Source: Pseudomonadota bacterium
GTDB lineage: Bacteria; Bdellovibrionota_C; UBA2361; OMII01
Direction: 5' to 3'
DNA length: 10,548 nucleotides
Assembly: GCA_038134595.1 (NCBI GenBank)
Contig: JAYPVM010000022.1
Location: 1 to 10,548, forward strand
The translations under genes were made by a program, and so were the position numbers. Below, in pieces: positions 6,805-10,548 of this stretch (its first letter is position 1; every line of letters starts with the position of its first letter). The notes under the pieces were generated by a model that did no database searches, was not told the DNA's origin, and was given only the letters and a program-made list of their open reading frames with translations.

Positions 6805-8043
6805 ATGACACACGAAGATAATGCGGCTGTTGATACCCCTCAAAGTAGCCAACCAGATGTATTCGCTATCGCGGCAGGGATGTTAAAAAACGATAAGGGT
6901 CTCCTTGCACCGATGTTGTTTGTGCTTGGAGTTCCTGTTTTAACTGAAGTCGGTATGGATTTAAATGACTTGGTGCCACCGATAGCGCCCGTGTTGTTTA
7001 ACAGGTTTATTCAGATAGCGGTTGTAGCTTTCATAGTCTTACGGTGGCGACAGCGCCTTCAGAAAGCGGGACAGAGCTCTCTTGCACCCCTTCCTGTAGT
7101 TGGAAGGATCTCAGTGGTATCACTTGTAATATCAATCGTACTTTTCTTACCCGTGATAGCCGCGATGGGCTTAGCTCAAGGTGCCTCATTTGTCTTGGTT
7201 CTGCTCTTAGGCCTTGGCATGATGTGGACCTATCGGATGTATCTATTTTTTGCAGTGGCGGGCTTACTAGGCAAGCCACTATTAGAGGGCATGTCAAAGA
7301 GTGCGTCGCTTATTCGAGGCAATGGAAAACACCTGATGCGGTCGCTGATAGCACCGTGCGCCTACACAATACTTCTCGTTGGTATCTGTCAGATGCCGTA
7401 TCCAGATGGAAGATCGCTTGGGTGGCTAGTAGCAGCATCAGTAGCAGAAGGAACCTTCTGGATTCTTAGTACCTATACGGCCCTTGCCCTTGCCCTAACG
7501 CTCGTTAGTGACAGTGATTGGAGACAAGCTGGGCTCGACCACTATAGGAGTGAGCGCCTCACCACACTAGCAAAGCAAGGGGGAGAAACCATAACAAAGT
7601 ACATCTCTCCGAAGTTTGGGAGTGCTATGCTTGCAGTGGCACTTCTTCTCTGGGCTGGAAATATGATTCGTCAGCTAAATCAGCCGCCTGCCGCCACAGT
7701 TGTCATCAAGAATGTGAGCGTTGAAGACTACAAGATACAGCTTGCTTTAGAGGTACAAGACGATGAGTATGATTTTCGAGGTTTTCAACCCTTTGCCCTG
7801 TCAATAAGAACTGCAACAGGAGGACAGCTCGTAGAGAAGTTAGAATCTATCTCGCGTGCGCCGGATAAAGAGGAACCCGTCATGCTATTGACCAAGGGTG
7901 ACGGCCCTAGAGCAGATCTTTTCATAACCTATTCGTCAACAAAAACTAAAGCCTCCCTTACAGGACTCGACAATATGTGGCTCTGGTACAAATCAAAGCC
8001 GCTTGTGGCAGTTACTCCAGAGTTGCTCAAGAAAAATCTGTAG
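6805..8043 (+). CDS. Polytopic membrane protein (about 7 hydrophobic segments) with a C-terminal soluble beta-rich domain
   Basis: 412-aa ORF. Repeated 18-22-residue hydrophobic segments over roughly the first 290 aa, then a polar strand-rich tail (TVVIKNVSVEDYKIQLALEV...LWYKSKPL). No family recognised. Confidence 0.8.
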   Translation: MTHEDNAAVDTPQSSQPDVFAIAAGMLKNDKGLLAPMLFVLGVPVLTEVGMDLNDLVPPIAPVLFNRFIQIAVVAFIVLRWRQRLQKAGQSSLAPLPVVGRISVVSLVISIVLFLPVIAAMGLAQGASFVLVLLLGLGMMWTYRMYLFFAVAGLLGKPLLEGMSKSASLIRGNGKHLMRSLIAPCAYTILLVGICQMPYPDGRSLGWLVAASVAEGTFWILSTYTALALALTLVSDSDWRQAGLDHYRSERLTTLAKQGGETITKYISPKFGSAMLAVALLLWAGNMIRQLNQPPAATVVIKNVSVEDYKIQLALEVQDDEYDFRGFQPFALSIRTATGGQLVEKLESISRAPDKEEPVMLLTKGDGPRADLFITYSSTKTKASLTGLDNMWLWYKSKPLVAVTPELLKKNL

Positions 8044-8194
8044 GTAGTAAGTTTGGTAGCGTTGGGGTCGCGCCGATAAAAATATGTAATTCTAGGGTCT
8101 TACGAAGCAAAGAGGCCTCCGCAATCAAGATTGTCATAAACGCTCATATTATTGGCTATCCGTGTCGATAGGCAGATACGGGGGGAAGCCAACT

Positions 8195-9358
8195 ATGGAC
8201 GTCATTTTCTATTACGGTGATCAGCAAGAGAAAACACCTAAGTTTCTCGAGAAGCTTGGGTATTCCATCGTTGCGACTAAAGAGGAGCAAGCCGTTGCTG
8301 ATCTCATATCGAAGAAGCCCGTTGATCTTATTTTAATCGACGGCAACTTTAATCCAGATGTCACAGAGCTCTACAATTTTTTTCGTGCGAACAAGACAAC
8401 GAGCGATGTCCCGATCGTTTGTATGACGCCAGAGGGTATGGAGACCTTGGGTATCCAGGCCGTAGAATCTGAGAATCGGCTGGAGATACTACCCGCGTCG
8501 TGTTCAATCGGAGCACTTGCCAGCAAGGTTGCCACACAGCTTAGGCTTCGTAAAGTCGCCGGAGAGGACGAAGTAACAAGCACATTAGGAGAGATGAACG
8601 CGGCACTTCGTGACCACAACGCACGTTTTCAAAAAGATCTTGAGGAAGCGCGCGCGATTCAAGAGAACCTTCTTCCAAAGGAGCTACCAAAGGATAAGAG
8701 ATTCTCCATCGGAGTATCCTATCAACCCCTAGAGCAGGTAGGGGGTGACTCGTACTTTATAGAGCACGTGAAAGAGACCGATGAACTCCACATGCATTTG
8801 GCCGATGTCTCAGGACACGGATTACCAGCGGCGTTTCTAGCAAGTATGGGAAAACTTGCCATGGTTGCCGCTGATCACGTACCGCCTGACGCATTGTTAA
8901 AGCGTATGAACGATCTTATGTTGCCTCAGCTGCCACCGGGAAGATTTGTTACGGCAGGGCATGTGGTTTACAACGCAGCAACAGGAGATCTCCTTTGGGC
9001 TCGTGGAGGGCATGGACCAGCGCTGATTCGGCGACACGATACAAAAGAGGTCGTTCAGCTATACGGAGACGGATTTCCTATCGGATTTATCGCCGGTGGA
9101 GACTACGAGCTTGTTCGTGCAAAGCTCAACCCAGGTGATGCACTCGTGCTCTTTACAGATGGTCTTACCGAGGCACAAAATTTAGCGGCCGATCAGTTTG
9201 GTATCGATAGATTAGCGCAGACCTTTTCTGAGGTAGATGGCGATGTTTCAGCTCAGCACATGGTAAGCTACATCATCGATAGTTTTTCTGCGTTCTTAGA
9301 GGGGCGATTACTAAAAGATGATGTAACACTCGTGCTCCTAAAGCGCTCGATAGCGTAG
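8195..9358 (+). CDS. Receiver-like domain + coiled coil + PP2C/SpoIIE-family serine phosphatase (RsbU/RsbP-like)
   Basis: PP2C motifs AIQENLLP, VGGDSY, LADVSGHG, FVTA, GGHGP, LFTDGLTEA, DDVTLV. N-terminal PVDLILID...PIVCMT is receiver-like. Start moved to ATG 8195 (GGGGGGAA at 8180-8187). Confidence 0.92.
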   Translation: MDVIFYYGDQQEKTPKFLEKLGYSIVATKEEQAVADLISKKPVDLILIDGNFNPDVTELYNFFRANKTTSDVPIVCMTPEGMETLGIQAVESENRLEILPASCSIGALASKVATQLRLRKVAGEDEVTSTLGEMNAALRDHNARFQKDLEEARAIQENLLPKELPKDKRFSIGVSYQPLEQVGGDSYFIEHVKETDELHMHLADVSGHGLPAAFLASMGKLAMVAADHVPPDALLKRMNDLMLPQLPPGRFVTAGHVVYNAATGDLLWARGGHGPALIRRHDTKEVVQLYGDGFPIGFIAGGDYELVRAKLNPGDALVLFTDGLTEAQNLAADQFGIDRLAQTFSEVDGDVSAQHMVSYIIDSFSAFLEGRLLKDDVTLVLLKRSIA

Positions 9359-9394
9359 AACGAGCATTCCCGAACACGATACACGTGATCATCG

Positions 9395-9424
9395 TTGCCA
9401 CCCGATACGCTCTGAGTATAGAGT
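9395..9424 (+). promoter_or_regulatory. Putative sigma70-type promoter TTGCCA-N18-TAGAGT for the DUF2231-like gene
   Basis: TTGCCA at 9395-9400 and TAGAGT at 9419-9424. The predicted +1 falls at about ATG 9432. Confidence 0.45.
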
Positions 9425-9425
9425 T

Positions 9426-9869
9426 ATGGCTATGATAGACCTGCATCCTCCTAGTAGTGGACTCCCGATAGCAAGCGCATTGTTCTGGTGTTTAGCTGAA
9501 ATCAGTCAGGTTGTGCAGAAGTATAAGCACCAGGCAAATATTCTACGACCTCTCGCAGTTCTATTAGCGGCAGTAGGTGTCACGACAGCATTTCTAACGG
9601 GCTATACCGCTAGTAGCAATCTATCGGAGCTATCGACCACGGTAGAAGATGCAGTGGCGTATCACCACGCGTGGGGAAAGCTTTTGCTGGTTGATTCACT
9701 TTGTTTGGTAGCGCTTTATTTTTTACAGAGAGTAGCAACTCACGGCAAGGGAATCCTAACGGTACTGTACTATATCTGTGGAGCTATCTTCGTGCTTGGA
9801 GCCTTTGGTGTGGGACATTTAGGCGGAGAGCTTGTATTTGAGATGGGTGTAAACGTTAAATCTCCCTAG
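9426..9869 (+). CDS. DUF2231-like four-TM membrane protein
   Basis: DLHP...LPIA, AFLTG, YHHAWG and C-terminal GHLGGELVFEMGV match my recollection of the DUF2231 pattern. Four hydrophobic segments. Start is ATG 9426 or 9432. Confidence 0.8.
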   Translation: MAMIDLHPPSSGLPIASALFWCLAEISQVVQKYKHQANILRPLAVLLAAVGVTTAFLTGYTASSNLSELSTTVEDAVAYHHAWGKLLLVDSLCLVALYFLQRVATHGKGILTVLYYICGAIFVLGAFGVGHLGGELVFEMGVNVKSP

Positions 9870-10330
9870 AAAGAAAATATATCCAAGTGCCTTCTCTCCT
9901 ATCCCTACCTAAGTTCATCGGTGTCATGGAGGCTATCGATGCAATTCCCTCGTACGGCTGGCTTGAGCCTGCATCCGACGACTTCTAACAACATCTCCTG
10001 ATATATAGTTACATAGACCATCTTTTTGCCTTCTGGACCAAATGCGACAGACGTGCATGAAATAGAACCAGACTAAGCAAATTCCTTTTAGGTGTGATTG
10101 AATTCATCTGGCAAGAAGGTAGCAGCTCGCTAGGCGAAAAGTCTAAAAGGACTGCAATGCCAGAGACAGTGTTTGTGGTATAAAGTTAGTACCTCCTAAA
10201 CATTAGTAGATGAAAAGGCACAAGTACATTCGCCGCGCGATAGCGTAGCTCAAAAGCTAGCAGGTAAGGCTAAAGTTCAAGGCATAAACAGCCGTCAGCA
10301 ACCCTATAGAGATTTAGAATAAAGCATCAG

Positions 10331-10548
10331 ATGGGACCAAGTACAACAACGACTACCCGCGCGAGCATGACGCAGCCAGAAGGCCTTACCTCACCTAAAG
10401 GGGGGCGTCCGTGGGAGGATCAGACACTTCCTGCGCAGGAGCGGTATGACGCGTATACGTCAGTGGTGCGAGATAAGTGTCAAGCATTACGCGAATCCTT
10501 AAAGCGAGAGGGAGTAACGGCTGAAGAGAAGAGAGTGCTAGCGGAGGA
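10331..10548 (+). CDS. Hypothetical protein, N-terminal fragment (3'-truncated by the window edge)
   Basis: Not in the ORF track. My translation from ATG 10331 (in-frame TAG upstream at 10307-10309) is open to the window end: MGPSTTTTTRASMTQPEGLTSPKGGRPWEDQTLPAQERYDAYTSVVRDKCQALRESLKREGVTAEEKRVLAE. Confidence 0.65.
   Translation, partial: MGPSTTTTTRASMTQPEGLTSPKGGRPWEDQTLPAQERYDAYTSVVRDKCQALRESLKREGVTAEEKRVLAE

Noticed and set aside
34..8619. All minus-strand ORFs in the track, and the + strand ORFs 2645..2881, 7044..7469 and 7977..8171
   Set aside because: They overlap well-supported genes, lack recognisable motifs and look like shadow or alternative-frame ORFs. The PTANEPTANEP in 6292..6477 is just the tandem repeat read backwards.
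9887..9988. Small + strand ORF (33 aa from GTG, 20 aa from ATG 9926)
   Set aside because: No SD, no recognisable features, and a length expected by chance.
10107..10170. Cobalamin or lysine riboswitch
   Set aside because: Only short fragments (AAAAGG, GCCAGAGAC) resemble those consensus sequences. The conserved cores and required length are missing, and the downstream gene gives no support.
10210..10248. Leader peptide MKRHKYIRRAIA
   Set aside because: No SD, no run of regulatory codons, and the following TAGCT/AGCTA hairpin is weak and has no U-tract.
9348..10248. 11-bp direct repeat CGATAGCGTAG (9348-9358 and 10238-10248) as att sites or a target-site duplication around the DUF2231-like gene
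   Set aside because: There is no integrase, transposase or terminal inverted repeat, and one 11-bp match within 10 kb is expected by chance.

Overview
A bacterial chromosomal window of mostly core and cell-envelope genes, with every credible gene on the + strand. In order: the 3' end of a hypothetical gene, two lipoproteins, miaB (tRNA methylthiotransferase), a bifunctional nuclease (BFN/DUF151) protein, a membrane-anchored YfgM/TPR-like protein, a small secreted 4-Cys protein, an HMG-CoA-lyase-family (DRE-TIM) enzyme, a 99-aa hypothetical protein whose last codons begin a 15/16-bp tandem repeat, a polytopic membrane protein, a receiver-like + PP2C/SpoIIE phosphatase, a DUF2231-like membrane protein and the 5' end of another hypothetical gene. 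The gene style (e.g. BFN ending in DPDDFKYKM) suggests a deltaproteobacteria-like lineage; this is inference. I see no mobile element, CRISPR array, rRNA or tRNA, and no clearly novel multi-gene system. The best leads are small-scale: the stop-codon tandem repeat, an RBS-occluding hairpin with an alternative fold before the phosphatase, that phosphatase's degenerate receiver domain, possible leaderless starts, a candidate structured RNA near 10.1 kb, and a possible beta-propeller gene remnant on the minus strand. All assignments and folds were made by eye, without database searches or folding software.
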